Source of the DNA: Eledone cirrhosa
Lineage: Eukaryota
Reading direction: 5' to 3'
NCBI GenBank assembly: GCA_964016885.1
Contig: OZ024740.1
Location: 336,288,001 to 336,352,000, forward strand
DNA: 64,000 nt
Shown here piece after piece: positions 24,902 to 37,307 of the stretch (within the stretch, counting starts at the first letter, position 1; each line of letters begins with the position of its first letter). The notes under the pieces are model-generated. The model worked only from the letters and a program-made list of their open reading frames with translations, searched no databases and was not told the origin of the DNA. A program made the translations under genes and the position numbers.

Positions 24902-27403
24902 ATGTTGAGCAAGCAGGAACTCAGGATATCATTTAAGTCCATTCCTATCCCGGACAGGAAGACATACCTCAAACTCCTAATACAGAGTGTCAACTCCTTC
25001 ATCCGAAGAATACGATGGAAAGCGTTCCACTTTGACCCGTGGGGTGCTGCTGACGCCGGAAGTACAGCAAATAGATATGGATTTACCACCTGCAAGAACC
25101 CCCCACACACACACACACACACACACAACATCCTGCTGGATCCTTTTAAGAAAGATCTATTCAACTTCGTCAGGAGCATTAAATTCAAAAAGCATTATAG
25201 ACACAAGAATAATTTCCTCACTAAATTAGCAACAACTATAAAAAAATTTAAAGATAGCAACCTCTTACATGTTATGTCTGACAAAACTAAAAATCTATAC
25301 ACCATGACTCCTGAAACTTACAACTCTTTCCTTCTTAAAGAACTCAATAAAAACTATTAAAAAAACTATACCCTCCAGTGTAAACGTACTTAACCGAAAA
25401 GCCCAGGCTTTGGTTAAGGACTTGCACCTGGATAGATTTACCCACCCTTATGTACCAACAACCCCAAGGTTATCTCTCAAGGATCATAAGCCAAACTTTA
25501 TAGAGAACCCATCTATTAGACTTATAAGCCCAACCACATCCGACCTGGGCCGTATCAGTAAGAACATCCTTGATAGGATAATCCCTGGGCTACGGGATGA
25601 TATCACCTACAAGTTGTGGTCCAACACCGGCCAAGTCATTAGATGGTTCTCCGATCTAAGGTCCAAGATCTATGAGGTTCATCCAATTTGACATCGACAG
25701 CTATTACGCGTCAATAACCCCGGAACTGCTCAACAAAGCATTTAACCTAGCCAGCACCAACTCGGACATAACCAATAATGAGATTAACATCATACTTATG
25801 ACTAGGCAGACTATTATTGAATTCAACGGAGCACTCAGGACTAGAAAAGATAGAACAGACAACGTTGACATCACGATGGGCTCAAGTGACTCTGCGCAAA
25901 TCACCGATTTAGTTGGAATTTACCTATTACATAACATCAGAGCCGAAATCCAACCCTTGCAGGGCGGAATATACAGGGACGACGCCCTATTTGCAGTCCA
26001 CAATTGCACTAATCAGGGCATTGATTTGCTAAAAAAACAATTACATAGATTCTTTAAAAATAACGGTCTCTCTATCACCATCGAGCCGAACCATAAAGTA
26101 GTAAACTTCCTAGACGTCACCCTGGATCTCAACAATAACCCACATTACCCTTACCATAAACCAGGTGAAATATTCACATATATTAGCCCACACTCTAACC
26201 ACCCACCGGCAGTCATCAGAGCAGTAATCAAATCTATCTCGTATAGGATCTCAATGCTATCAGGAGATATTTATAAACCATGCACAATATTATAATAAGG
26301 CTCTTTCTGAATCTGGTTATGAACAATCAATTTATTACATACCTAAATGCAATTCATCATAATAAACTTAACACTAGAACTAGAAATACCTTAGCATATA
26401 TCCAGATTCGTCGGAATTTTAGCAGTAACAGCACCTATACGGGGAAGTTTAACGGTGGCAGCGGCCTGCTCCCCACTCCAACTAGCAAACTAAAGATCAA
26501 CCCTAGAATAGGAATGAGAAATCGGATGACAAATAACAAATCCCCAGGAATAACCCTAGGAAGGCCCCTACCAACTCCATTAGAACCCCTAGAAAGAATA
26601 GATCTAGAAATATCACCTGGCTTAACCCCCCATTCTCATCTAATCTAGCCACTAATATCCCTAAACGTTTCTTCTCTATCCTATCTAAACATCCCCCCCC
26701 CCACAACCATAGATATTACAAACTCTTTAATAAAAATAACATTAAAATCTCATTCTCCACAACACCTAACCTACCTAGCCACATCGCATTCAGTAACCAT
26801 CATAAACTAAGACAGTATAACTCCCACACCGCGGTACCACCACCCGCACCAAATACACCACGCCACTACACCAATAATTACTCTAGTAGCACACCTCCCC
26901 CATCTAATCCTTCTAGCACTGACCTACCGCATAGGTTAAACTATCCTACTCTCACTAACCGCAGAAGCAACTGCAACTGCCGTTACCCTAATGCATGCCC
27001 ATTAAATGGACACTGCCTGACACCCAACATAGTCTATAGGTTCACGGTTAAAACTGCTTCGAATACCAGCTCTTATATCGGGTCTACCTCTAACCCTTTT
27101 AAGGTACGCTATAACGCGCATTCTTTTTCCTTCCGAGACCCTAGCAACAGATGTTCGACATCACTTGCTAGGCTCATTAAAAACCTTAAATTAAGCAACG
27201 TTCAACACTCACTAAAATGGGATATCGTGGCTAGGGCCCAACCGTTCAATGGACGAAGAAAGTCTTGTGATCTCTGTATTACAGAAGCATATTACATAAC
27301 TCTATCACGACCTATACCGATTAACGATAGAACGGAGGTAACTATTAGCTGTCAACATCGAAGGGCTAAATCCTTCGGCAATAGAATATTTGACCCAACT
27401 TAA
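24902..27403 (+). pseudogene. Naiad-like RT + GIY-YIG ORF with several frameshifts
   Basis: FIRRIRWKAFHF, SDKTKNLY, LKDHKPNF, FDIDSYYASI, TMGSSDSAQITDLVG and YRDD. Manual translation of ~26970-27403 gives NCNC...CPLNGHC...IVY...YIGST...CDLC...CQH, stop at 27401. Confidence 0.88.
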
Positions 27404-27747
27404 TCATCTAGCCCCATTTTTACTTGTAGCTAATAAGTTAAATAGCTATGACTAACTTAGATAATTTACCTCCCCTACATTGTCTCTCAATTAAAAAATT
27501 AAAAAATTAGCAATTAACTATGAACTACTCACAATTTCTAATCTCTCGAGGAGTTACTTCCCCTGAAACCACCCTCTAATTAGTAAAGTAAATATGTCCT
27601 TTGGCAGCCATCTTGTTACACATAGGCAGATCTCACACAATGCAGCCTCGATAGATGAATACTGCTTGATTATGGCTGACAACTGATGCAACCAAGACAC
27701 CATAGTGAAAAACCAATATATGGAACATTATATTATGTAACATTCTC

Positions 27748-27870
27748 TCATTCTGAGTTCCAATCCCGCCGAGGTTAACTTTTCCTTTCATCCTTCTGGG
27801 GTCGATAGAATAAAGTACCAGTAATGCATTGAGTAATTTCTGGCCTTGTGCCAAAAGTAGAAACAATTAT
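27748..27870 (+). mobile_element. Family-A SINE fragment nested in the Naiad-like 3' UTR
   Basis: ctgagttccaatcccgccgaggttaact...ccaaaagtagaaacaatt. Confidence 0.8.
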
Positions 27871-27882
27871 TTTAACTTATAT

Positions 27883-28014
27883 TCCTTTGAAGTTCCGATG
27901 AGCCGCTCTGTTTTTTAAATATGTTAATTATTTTCAACTGAACCAGATCAATTATGATATATAGTCATCTGATCTAGAAATATTATATGGAGTAGCGAAA
28001 CAATTGTAAACGGA
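27883..28014 (+). ncRNA. Type I hammerhead with CCGAUGA core and ~95 nt stem II
   Basis: gtt-CCGATGA-gccgctct...ggagtagc-GAAAC-aatt-GTA-aac, with an internal agatca/tgatct hairpin. Confidence 0.75.
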
Positions 28015-28288
28015 CATTATTATTATTAATATAATTATTATTATTCTCTACATTCCTTACATCAAACTAAAATATGTTGACAATCTTTTAATAATGTATT
28101 CCTTGTGAAATTTGTGGTCTTGTTTTGCTTAACTAATGAATATTTCCAACTCTGCGCACCTAACTTCTGCATGAACCCAGCCACCTAGCTGCTTTCTACT
28201 GCATATTGCTTCGGCTTCTAACTAATTCACCAATCTCTCTTCTCCTCTCCTATCTCCATCTCTCGCTTTAAGATTGGTTACTCTTGAA

Positions 28289-28329
<41 letters not shown>

Positions 28330-28331
<2 letters not shown>

Positions 28332-28460
28332 GGGTCACTCTTGAGCGCTACTGGTAACATGTAACCTAGTACAACCTCTCGCATGGGCTAGTCGCCGGCG
28401 ACTAAACGGGCAACCCCACCAAGTTTGTCAGGGTGTCCAAAATCACCCTCCTCACCAAGT
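28330..28460 (+). mobile_element. 5' fragment, partly inverted, of the RTE-derived non-autonomous family
   Basis: gctactggtaacatgta...gactaaac matches the reverse complement of 29180-29253. Confidence 0.6.
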
Positions 28461-28535
28461 TTACTTATATACATATACATACATACAAACATACATACAT
28501 ATATATACACACACACACTTTTGGTTTAACATCTG

Positions 28536-28608
<73 letters not shown>

Positions 28609-28660
28609 CATATATACATACATACATACATACATATATACATACATACATATACATATA

Positions 28661-29253
28661 TGGTGGTTGCCAACTCGTTTTCGAGTACGGCCACTACTTT
28701 ATATCCATGTAGGAGAACCCCTGCCGATGCGCTGAACGAGTGTGACCTTTTAGTCCAGCCAGCGACTTGAAAACTCTGGTACAAACACTACACTTGTGAC
28801 AATTATTGACACAGTGCTAGGCCCATGGTACCATGTGACGACATGTGCAGAGAGATCTCCAGATATAAAGCAATGCCTGTGCCGTGAAGCTTTTATAGTG
28901 AGCAAAGGCACTGCACAAATCCAGTCCCACTCTCTTAACCAAGATGATATTTACCAAAAAGAAGAACAAGTCAACATCATTGGATACCATCAGGGTTGCA
29001 GGTGTTATATCAGAGTTTTCCTTCTCCTAGAATTCTGCCTTGACAAAGGCAAAGGGGTCATCTCTCCCGGTGATTTTGGATGGCCATTGACTCTTAAGAG
29101 CTTCTTTACCCTTTGACAGATTTTGTTTTTAGTCCTGCAGGATGTCCAAAGTCACCCTCCTCACCAAGAAATCTTGGTGGGGTTGCCAGTTTAGTCGCCA
29201 ACGACCTGACCATGTGACAGGTTATACTGGGATACATGTTACCAGTAGCACCA
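28661..29253 (-). mobile_element. RTE-derived non-autonomous (bipartite/SINE-like) element
   Basis: Highly similar to 58157-58755. The 3' part encodes a C2H2-like RTE terminus; flanked by (TACA)n/(TA)n. Confidence 0.75.
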
Positions 29254-29343
29254 TATACATACATACATACATACATACATACATACATACATACATACAT
29301 ACATACATACATACATACATACATACATACATACATACATACA

Positions 29344-30010
29344 TACATGATGATGGCTGCCATCTCGTTATCGAGTATGACCATTGCACGATATATCATT
29401 ATTAATAATTATTAATTAATTCTATCGTGCAATGCCTGTGCGTGAAGATATTTTTTAAAGTGAGAAAAGACTGTGCACCGAGCCAATCCCACTCTCTGAG
29501 CGACAGTAGCTATAACCGAAAAGAAGAAAAGATCAACACCATCGGTAACTACTGATTCGCAGGTTTTATATCGGAGTTATCCCAGTTTCGTGAGTTGCCT
29601 TCTCCTAGAAGAATGCCCTGACATGGCGGAAGAAATCATAAGAGTCAACGGCCATCCAAAAGAATGTAAATTTGTATATAGACATGTACCGCGCGGTTAA
29701 ACCACTGGGAGTGAAGGACCCCTAGCCTTTGTCAGGGCATTCTTCTAGGAGAAGGCAACTCAGGAAACTGGGATAACTCCGATATAAAACCTACGGCTCA
29801 GTAGTTACCGATGATGTTGATCTTTTCTTCTTTTCGGGTTATAGCTACTGTCGCTCAGAGAGTGGGATTGGCTCGGTGCACAGTCTTTCCTCACTTTAAA
29901 AAATATCTTCACGCACAGGCATTGCACGATAGAATTAATTAATAATTATAAATAATGATATATCGTGCAATGGCCATACTCGATAACGAGGGGGCAGCCA
30001 TCATCATGTA
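29344..30010. repeat. Tail-out fold-back of a relative of the 28661-29253 family (arms 29344-29622 / 29730-30010)
   Basis: ~280 bp inverted arms with (TACA)n on the left and (TGTA)n on the right. Confidence 0.85.
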
Positions 30011-30049
30011 TGTATGTATGTATGTATATATGTATATATATATATATAT

Positions 30050-30402
30050 AAGTATATATTACACAAAGAGAAGTGTGTTACACAGTGAGATGTGTGTAAA
30101 GAATTATTACAAGTGATTTTACCGTTACTGTATAGGGAACAATATCTACAGGTTAGCAATTAAATAGAAAAAACCAATTCAGAATCAAATCTCTGGATTA
30201 GAGTTTTAAATCACAAACCTTATAACTATATAAGGTTTGTGATTTAAAACTCTAATCGAGAGATTTGATTCTGAATTGGTTTTTCTATTTAATTGCTAAC
30301 TTGTAGATATTGTTCCCTATACAGTAACGGTAAAATCACTTGTAATAATTCTTTACACACATCTCACTGTGTAAGACACTTTTCTTTGTGTAATATATAC
30401 TT
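30050..30402. repeat. Near-perfect palindrome with ~175 bp arms and a 4-nt loop (30225-30228)
   Basis: ...aaaccttata-acta-tataaggttt... with only a few arm mismatches. Confidence 0.9.
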
Positions 30403-30497
30403 GCATTTGAGCTCAGAAGGAAATTCTCTATTCTTCTTTGAGGTAATACTATTATTATTATTACAGTGAACTGCGGAATACTCTTAATTCCGATCTT

Positions 30498-30577
<80 letters not shown>

Positions 30578-30883
30578 CAGATGTTAAACCAAATGCGTGT
30601 GTGTGTGTATATATATATATGTATGTATGTATGTTTGTATGTATGTATATGTATATATGTAATACAGTATTTACGTATCGAGAGAGAGAAAAAAAAGGGG
30701 AGGATAGGTGATGCATATAGTTATTTGCCAAGTAGCGTATGCCAAAGGTGCTCGATACTAGTGCCGGCAGTATTAAATATTAGAAGTGTTAATATTTAGT
30801 GGGCTAGAGAGTTAGCAGAGCGTAAGCACGTGGGAAAGTAAGAAATCGGAGAATAGACCGTTAAAACAAGTTTATTTAAAACA

Positions 30884-30923
30884 GCACCTACGTACGTTTC
30901 GCCCAGTTGGGCTTCTCAAGGGC
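30884..30923 (-). ncRNA. Minimal hammerhead (UUGAGAA core)
   Basis: cc-TTGAGAA-gccc-aact-gggc-GAAAC-gtac-GTA-gg. Confidence 0.72.
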
Positions 30924-31292
30924 ATAAATAATCAAAAGTGTTCCTTACATTGCTCGGAAAGAGTTTTTGGGGTTAAATCCACGTCAAGGTTCATTGCTCG
31001 CAAAAATAGCTTGTTTTGATTTTGCAGCAGGTCAAGGGAGGTAACTCTGGCCGGTGTTAGGGCAGTCTTTCCCGGACAATTTTTTTTAGCTGCTACGAGA
31101 TGAGGTTACAACCTTACCATTGTCGATACGCATGTAATCAACGCTTATTTTGAGAGTTTTTTTTGCCGCATCTGTTTGTCTGAGTCGTTTGAGGCTGGGT
31201 CTGGTATGCAAGGATTGTTTCCTGGGTGTTATTTTGCAGCGCCTGCTCGCCGGGGTGTTAAGACTTGTTGCATGGAGATCCGGTGCACAGTT

Positions 31293-32159
31293 TCACTCCT
31301 CATCCTTAACCCATCTGAAGAAGGATATTTTTAAGCGATGTGTACAACTTATCGCTGTTTCAGCTCTGCTGTTGATGAGCTTGTGGGGTGCAGTTATGAT
31401 GTGGTAGAGCTCCATGAGGCAAAGATCGCATTTCCTCTTGAAGTTGTACGGTGCAGCCCTGCCGACAATCTCCCAGTGCGTGGAGAAGCTGATGTTTAAG
31501 TCCTTTAGTGATGTGATGTAGTGCGCGAGCGAAGTGGAGTGCCTTAGTTTTCTATTTGTGAAAGAGTGGAGATGTGTTCGAAACCTAATTTTGAACGGGC
31601 CGGAGGTAGCCCTTATATAATGTTTAACGCTATTGTGGCTAGTAATAGTGCATCTATATATAACCCTATCAGTCAAGCAGTATCCTCTAAGGGGGCAGCG
31701 TCCTCTGTCGCGGCAGTTGCAATTTCTGTCGCGGTTCCGTCTATTTCCCACGGTAAGGCTATCATTGTTGCTGCCTACGTTGTTACCTACGTTACCGCAG
31801 CTGTCATTAGCACCATTACAACCCATAGCACGCGGGGTGGTGCGATTGTTATTCCGCACGTCATGTCCTGCATGTTCCCCAGTCATTTCGCGGTTATGCT
31901 GGTTGCGTCTGCGGATGCCGTTGCCAACACTATTGGATGCTGCCAGGGAGTTGTTAAGGCCGATATAGTTATTGTCAGATGTAGGTGCGTCTGTGTCGAG
32001 GTGCTGTGTCTTGGTGATCTTACTGTGGTTCGTTGTTCCTATGATGTCTGCTAGGTTAGGAGTAGTAGAGAAGGATATTTTTATATTGTTCCTATTAAGA
32101 ATTTTTCTATACCTATGGTTGGGCGGGAAGTTCTTCTCTAAGGCGACTCTCAACTCCAT
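31293..32159 (-). CDS. Naiad-like C-terminal fragment (Cys linker + GIY-YIG)
   Basis: NCNCRDRGRCPLRGYC, VIY...YIRATSGPFKIRF and CDLC...CTH. Homologous to the C-terminus of 52730-54541. Confidence 0.8.
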   Translation of the reverse strand: MELRVALEKNFPPNHRYRKILNRNNIKISFSTTPNLADIIGTTNHSKITKTQHLDTDAPTSDNNYIGLNNSLAASNSVGNGIRRRNQHNREMTGEHAGHDVRNNNRTTPRAMGCNGANDSCGNVGNNVGSNNDSLTVGNRRNRDRNCNCRDRGRCPLRGYCLTDRVIYRCTITSHNSVKHYIRATSGPFKIRFRTHLHSFTNRKLRHSTSLAHYITSLKDLNISFSTHWEIVGRAAPYNFKRKCDLCLMELYHIITAPHKLINSRAETAISCTHRLKISFFRWVKDEE

Positions 32160-32596
32160 AGTCTATAGTATCTCACATAGAATCTCGAGGCTATCCGCCA
32201 ATGAGGATATCTTCAACCAAGCGACAGATTACTACAATAGGGCCTTGATAAGCGCCGGCTTTAACCGAGGAATTTCCTACATCCCTAACGCTAGCTCTAG
32301 AAACCACCCCCCTCATAAAACGAACGTTATAGTAAGCCATACCTATAACCGATCACGCGGCGACTCTCAAAATAAGCGTTGATTACATGCGTATCGACAA
32401 TGGTAAGGTTGTAACCTCATCTCGTAGCAGCTAAAAAAAATTGTCCGGGAAAGACTGCCCTAACACCGGCCAGAGTTACCTCCCTTGACCTGCTGCAAAA
32501 TCAAAACAAGCTATTTTTGCGAGCAATGAACCTTGACGTCGATTTAACCCCAAAAACTCTTTCCGAGCAATGTAAAGAACACTTTTGATTAGTTAT

Positions 32597-32636
32597 GCCC
32601 TTGAGAAGCCCAACTGGGCGAAACGTACGTAGGTGC
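32597..32636 (+). ncRNA. Minimal hammerhead (mirror of 30884-30923)
   Basis: Same motif, with AATAAA about 12 nt after the GUA site. Confidence 0.72.
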
Positions 32637-32709
32637 TGTTTTAAATAAACTTGTTTTAACGGTCTATTCTCCGATTTCTTACTTTCCCACGTGTATATAT
32701 GTATATATG

Positions 32710-32812
<103 letters not shown>

Positions 32813-32948
32813 GTATGAATATGTATATATATATATATATACATAAGCATACACACATATATATAAATATATACTGATACATGTGACCTTAAACGTTTAG
32901 TACAAAATCTATTGATGATATAAAATTGGCATTATGATAGATTAAGAT

Positions 32949-33137
32949 ACGGTGAATTGGCAGTATCGGTAGAGGGTTGGACGCCATGCTTTGATGCATA
33001 GAGTTACGGCCCTTGCCATTCTGAGTTCAAATCCCGCCTAGGTTAACTTTGCCTTTCATCCTTACGGGGTCGATAAAATAAAGTACCAGTAATGCACTGG
33101 GATAATTGCTGGCCTTGTGCCAAAAGTAGAAACAATT
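32949..33137 (+). mobile_element. Family-A SINE
   Basis: Full-length match to 615-808. Confidence 0.85.
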
Positions 33138-33239
33138 AAGATATATTTCAAATAGATTGAGAAATGTAATAATTAATAGCAAATTTCGGGAAATCACTGA
33201 CTTAAGTTGTCTCATTCTCTATCGCTGTCTTTCTTTATC

Positions 33240-33300
<61 letters not shown>

Positions 33301-33434
33301 TTCTTTCTTTCACTCCCCCGCTCTCTATCGCTTTCTGTCTCTCTCTCATTCTTTCTCTCTCTCACTCTTTCTCTCTCTCTCTCTCACTCACCCTCTCTCT
33401 CTCTTCCTCTCACTTTCACTTTTTCTCTCTGTTC

Positions 33435-33489
<55 letters not shown>

Positions 33490-33712
33490 GCTCTCTCACT
33501 CTTTCTCTCTCTCACTCTTTCTCTCTCTCTCACTTTTTCTCTCCCTCTTCCCCTCTCTCTCTCCCTCCCTCTCTCTTCCCCCCTATCTCTCTCTTCCCCC
33601 CTCTCTCTCTCTTCCTCTTTCGCTCTCTCTTCCCCCCTTCTCTCTCTCTCTCTCTCTCTATCTCTCATCTCATCTCTCTCTCTCTCTCTATCTCTCATCT
33701 CATCTCTCTCTC
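33240..33712. repeat. Degenerate (CT)n tract
   Basis: Direct inspection. Confidence 0.9.
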
Positions 33713-33724
33713 TATATATATATA

Positions 33725-34487
33725 TATATTGAGTTAAGAACTCAGAGTAGTCTCTTACAATTAAATAGCTCTAAGAAAAAAGCTTTTCCGAGCCGTACAA
33801 TATAATTGAATAAACAAGAGAGATGAACACTAATATAAAGATACATGTGTTCGAATCGTAAGACCAAATTTGCTAGGGTGAAAAAATACTAACTACAGCA
33901 ATATAGTTTGTTATCCTTAACTTTAAATATTAAATTAAGAAAAATTAAGAAAAATAACAGACCTATATTGGGCAAAGCGCCTAGTAACAACTAGACAGTA
34001 TTGGAGACTGTTACGCAACATCTTATTAAGTGAAGTTCTCAGGTTTCTCTGCTCCTCGGTAGTTGTTGAGAAATTAGTGATCCTTTCACTTCTAAAAATA
34101 TTAGAGAATGAATTGTTTACGATATGAATTATCGCACGTGTCATTCGGAACCCAGCTTGTCTCGAAATTCCCTGTCGCTAAAAATAGCAGCCTGGCTGAC
34201 AGGACAATAAAAATTAGCTCTACATGATGGAGCCGACAAATATATATTGAGTTAAGAACTTCACTTAATAAGATGTTGCGTAACAGTCTCCAATACCGTC
34301 TAGTTGTTACCAGGCGTTTTTCCCAATATAGGTCTGTTATTTTTCTTTATTTTTCTTAATTTAATATTTAAAGTTAAGGATAACAAACCATATTGCTGTA
34401 GTTAGTATTTTTTCACCCTAGCAAATTTGGTTCTTACGATTCGAACACATGTATCTTTATATTGGTGTTCATCTCTCTTGTTTATTC

Positions 34488-34495
<8 letters not shown>
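33725..34495. mobile_element. Non-coding fold-back pLTR module (arms 33800-34039 / 34255-34495)
   Basis: ~240 bp inverted arms, a short direct repeat tatattgagttaagaact at ~33725 and ~34243, and (TA)n flanks. Confidence 0.8.
33986..34067 (-). ncRNA. Hammerhead-like motif with CCGAGGA core and GUAA in place of GAAA
   Basis: aacaacta-CCGAGGA-gcag...ttgc-GTAACAGT-ctccaat-ACTGTC-tagttgtt, with an 8-bp stem I and 5-bp stem III. Confidence 0.65.
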
Positions 34496-34568
<73 letters not shown>

Positions 34569-34642
34569 TAATTATATATATATATATATATATATATGAT
34601 AAAGAACACGAGAGCGTCTACAACATCAAAAGATTTTTATTG

Positions 34643-34687
34643 GCTTACAATGTTTCTTCCTTACGTAACCGTAGGATTCGTCAGAGC
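34643..34687 (-). ncRNA. Minimal type I hammerhead in a solo pLTR (34598-34943)
   Basis: gct-CTGACGA-atcctacg-gtta-cgtaaggaa-GAAAC-att-GTA-agc, then cAATAAA. Confidence 0.75.
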
Positions 34688-35027
34688 TATAAAAGGGGTT
34701 TGATTGGTGTTATGGACTCTACCAACCAAACATTCAAGAACAAAGAGTAAAGAGAGTAAAGAGCAAAAGTAGGGGACGATAAGTCTAATTTTGGTGCGGG
34801 AGGGTGGGGTGTGGGTCCTTGTTTACTAGCTGCGGTCATATTCATTCCCGGGAGTCGAGTGGTTAGCTGAACCATAGATGGGGTGGCGTCGATAGTATGG
34901 TGCAGAGGGTGTGCAGAGGCTACACAAACACAAAGGGCATACAATATATATATATATATATATAACGGAGGAGAAAGTACATGAGGTAATTAGAAATGGA
35001 AAAAGAGTAATAATAATAATATATAAT

Positions 35028-35212
35028 TAATTGTTTCTACTTTAGGCACAAGGCCAGCAATTACCCAGTGCATTACTGGTACTTTTTTTTATCGACCCCG
35101 TAAGGATGAAAGGCAAAGTCAACCTCGGCGGGATTTGAACTCAGATCGTAAAGGGACGTAACTATGCTGGAAAGCATGGCGTCCGACCCTCTACCGATAC
35201 TGCCAATCCACC
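35028..35212 (-). mobile_element. Family-A SINE
   Basis: Reverse complement of 615-808. Confidence 0.85.
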
Positions 35213-35724
35213 GATATAATAATATATAATTAATACAATAATAATATATAATTAATAATGTATAATAAGGCATGGGGAAGATTACACTATAATAAGGTAT
35301 AAAAGTAAGAATAAGGTAAAATATAAAGGAGGATAAAAGTGGAAATAATAAAGATAAAAAATATATATGTAAAAAATATATATAGAGAATATATAAAGAA
35401 ATATAAGCGAGTATTTGGAGGGGAAAACACAATGTAAAAAAACCGATTTTTTCAAATAAAAATAAAAATATTATAATTATGGGGGGAGAAAACGGGATAG
35501 AGAAGTATGATCAAATGTGATTAGTTGAGAGAATATAAGATGATAATAGTTATGTCAAGTTTATACATCTTAGCTGCCAATACCTTAATGGGACACGGGT
35601 ATACAATACCTAACTCCTATTAACCTAAGTATTTATATATATATATATATATTCAACTTTTCAAATACAAGTCGATGTTGTACGGTATGTCAAATCTATT
35701 TATCTATAAAACTGTTTATATTGT

Positions 35725-35788
35725 ATTTTGTCTGAGGAAGGCATAGCATATTGTTAATATGATATCCCTGAAATATATATAACGAAAT
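35725..35788 (+). ncRNA. Type I hammerhead in a solo pLTR (35652-35918)
   Basis: attttgt-CTGAGGA-agg...cct-GAAA-tatata-TA-acgaaat, with an overlapping AATAAA. Confidence 0.7.
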
Positions 35789-35916
35789 AAATATGGTTTT
35801 ATAAATATAGTTTCCATTTATTTAATATCGTAAATATACTCCAAATACTTGTCGAGTGCTTTTATATCAGTTATTAATATTTACTAGTTGTAACCCAACA
35901 ATTTAAATATAACTTT

Positions 35917-35956
<40 letters not shown>

Positions 35957-36392
35957 TTATCTGTCTTTTCGAAGTGTTTCTTAACATTGATATAATATCA
36001 ATTTCATTTCATTAAAAGATTCTGTCCAAAACGTGAAAAGCCTTCTATGCGTGTATGTACGTATATACACACTCAAGTATATAAGTATAGATGTGTGTGT
36101 AAGGCATAAGTTGAGTCGTCAGAAAGTTAGAGGCCAAAGCTGCAAGCATGGAGGTCTTGTTAAAATATTTTCTTTGCCATCACTTAATTCAGAGTTCGTT
36201 CACACCACTAGGGATGTCTTCTGTTATAGACTTGGTTTGTTTAATACCGTGATGTGGAAGCTCTATATGAATAAAAATTAGGTAGATTTTGTCTATTTGA
36301 TCTTATATAGGTTTATATAAATGGCAGCTACAACTTCGATTCATACCTAATATAATATATACATATATATATATATATATATATGCGCGCGC

Positions 36393-36470
<78 letters not shown>

Positions 36471-36560
36471 TGTAAACTGAAATAACAAAAATAACAAAAC
36501 ATACGGCACATTACATGGAAGAAATATATTAGTTTAACGCTTGAAATAGCAGGAAGAGAG

Positions 36561-36606
36561 TCTTAACGTTTCGGACAAAAGAGAGTCTTAACGTTTCATC
36601 AAAAGA
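36561..36606 (-). ncRNA. Weak or decayed hammerhead motif
   Basis: tctt-TTGATGA...gtcc-GAAA-cg-TT-aaga. Stem II is disrupted by a local duplication. Confidence 0.35.
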
Positions 36607-36718
36607 TAGAGTTAGAAAGAGAAGATAAATAGAAAGTAAAGAGTGGTAAGAGGAAGGAATGGGGAAAAAATGAGGAAAATAAGGGGGAGAAAAAAACACG
36701 TGCGTATTCAGTCGGATA

Positions 36719-36822
<104 letters not shown>

Positions 36823-36839
36823 CGTGTGTGTGTGTCGAG

Positions 36840-37260
36840 ATGCCAAGGCACCATCATAGAATACAACGATGTTACGAGCCCCTAGGTATAGCATATGCTA
36901 TCTAAAGCTACCGCATTTCAACGAGAAGATGACCGCTACCATCCGACAAGGAGGATCTGAACATACTACTGGCACATTTGGGACCCTTCCTGATGAGACT
37001 ATTCTTAAAATCCCGACCTGCATACAACGATATATGAACACTTCCTAACTGTTCCATCAACAAGGCGGAAGTGTGCGTGGGAAAATATGTGGTCTACGAT
37101 GTCACAATGTGGTTCCTCATACATTGGAAGTATTGACCGGATGTTGCAAATACGAATCCAGAAGGACGACTAAAAGAGTTCCTTCTGTCAAAGAACACCT
37201 TGATAAATGCTGTAACCGAAATACTGAGGTCACCATAGAGGTGACGGAGAAGGAGTTTTA
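36840..37260 (+). pseudogene. Decayed PLE GIY-YIG fragment
   Basis: Across frameshifts: YLKLPH, KYVVYDV, CGSSYIGSIDRMLQIRI and SVKEHLDKC. Confidence 0.6.
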
Positions 37261-37307
37261 AAATTAAGGACATAACTATAAACACACAAAAACATCTAAT
37301 GAATAAT

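Larger units (their letters stand above)
24577..28296 (+). mobile_element. Naiad-like Penelope element with inverted and tandem pLTR segments
   Basis: 24577-24769 is the reverse complement of ~27950-28143. 24769-24857 is repeated directly at 28214-28296. (TA)n on both flanks. Confidence 0.88.
30660..32693 (-). mobile_element. Rearranged Naiad-like element with tail-out inverted 3' UTRs
   Basis: Inverted arms 30827-31169 / 32357-32693, a minus-strand GIY-YIG ORF, and a plus-strand RT-thumb fragment at ~32150-32355 (SISHRISRLSANEDIFNQATDYYNRAL). Confidence 0.85.
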
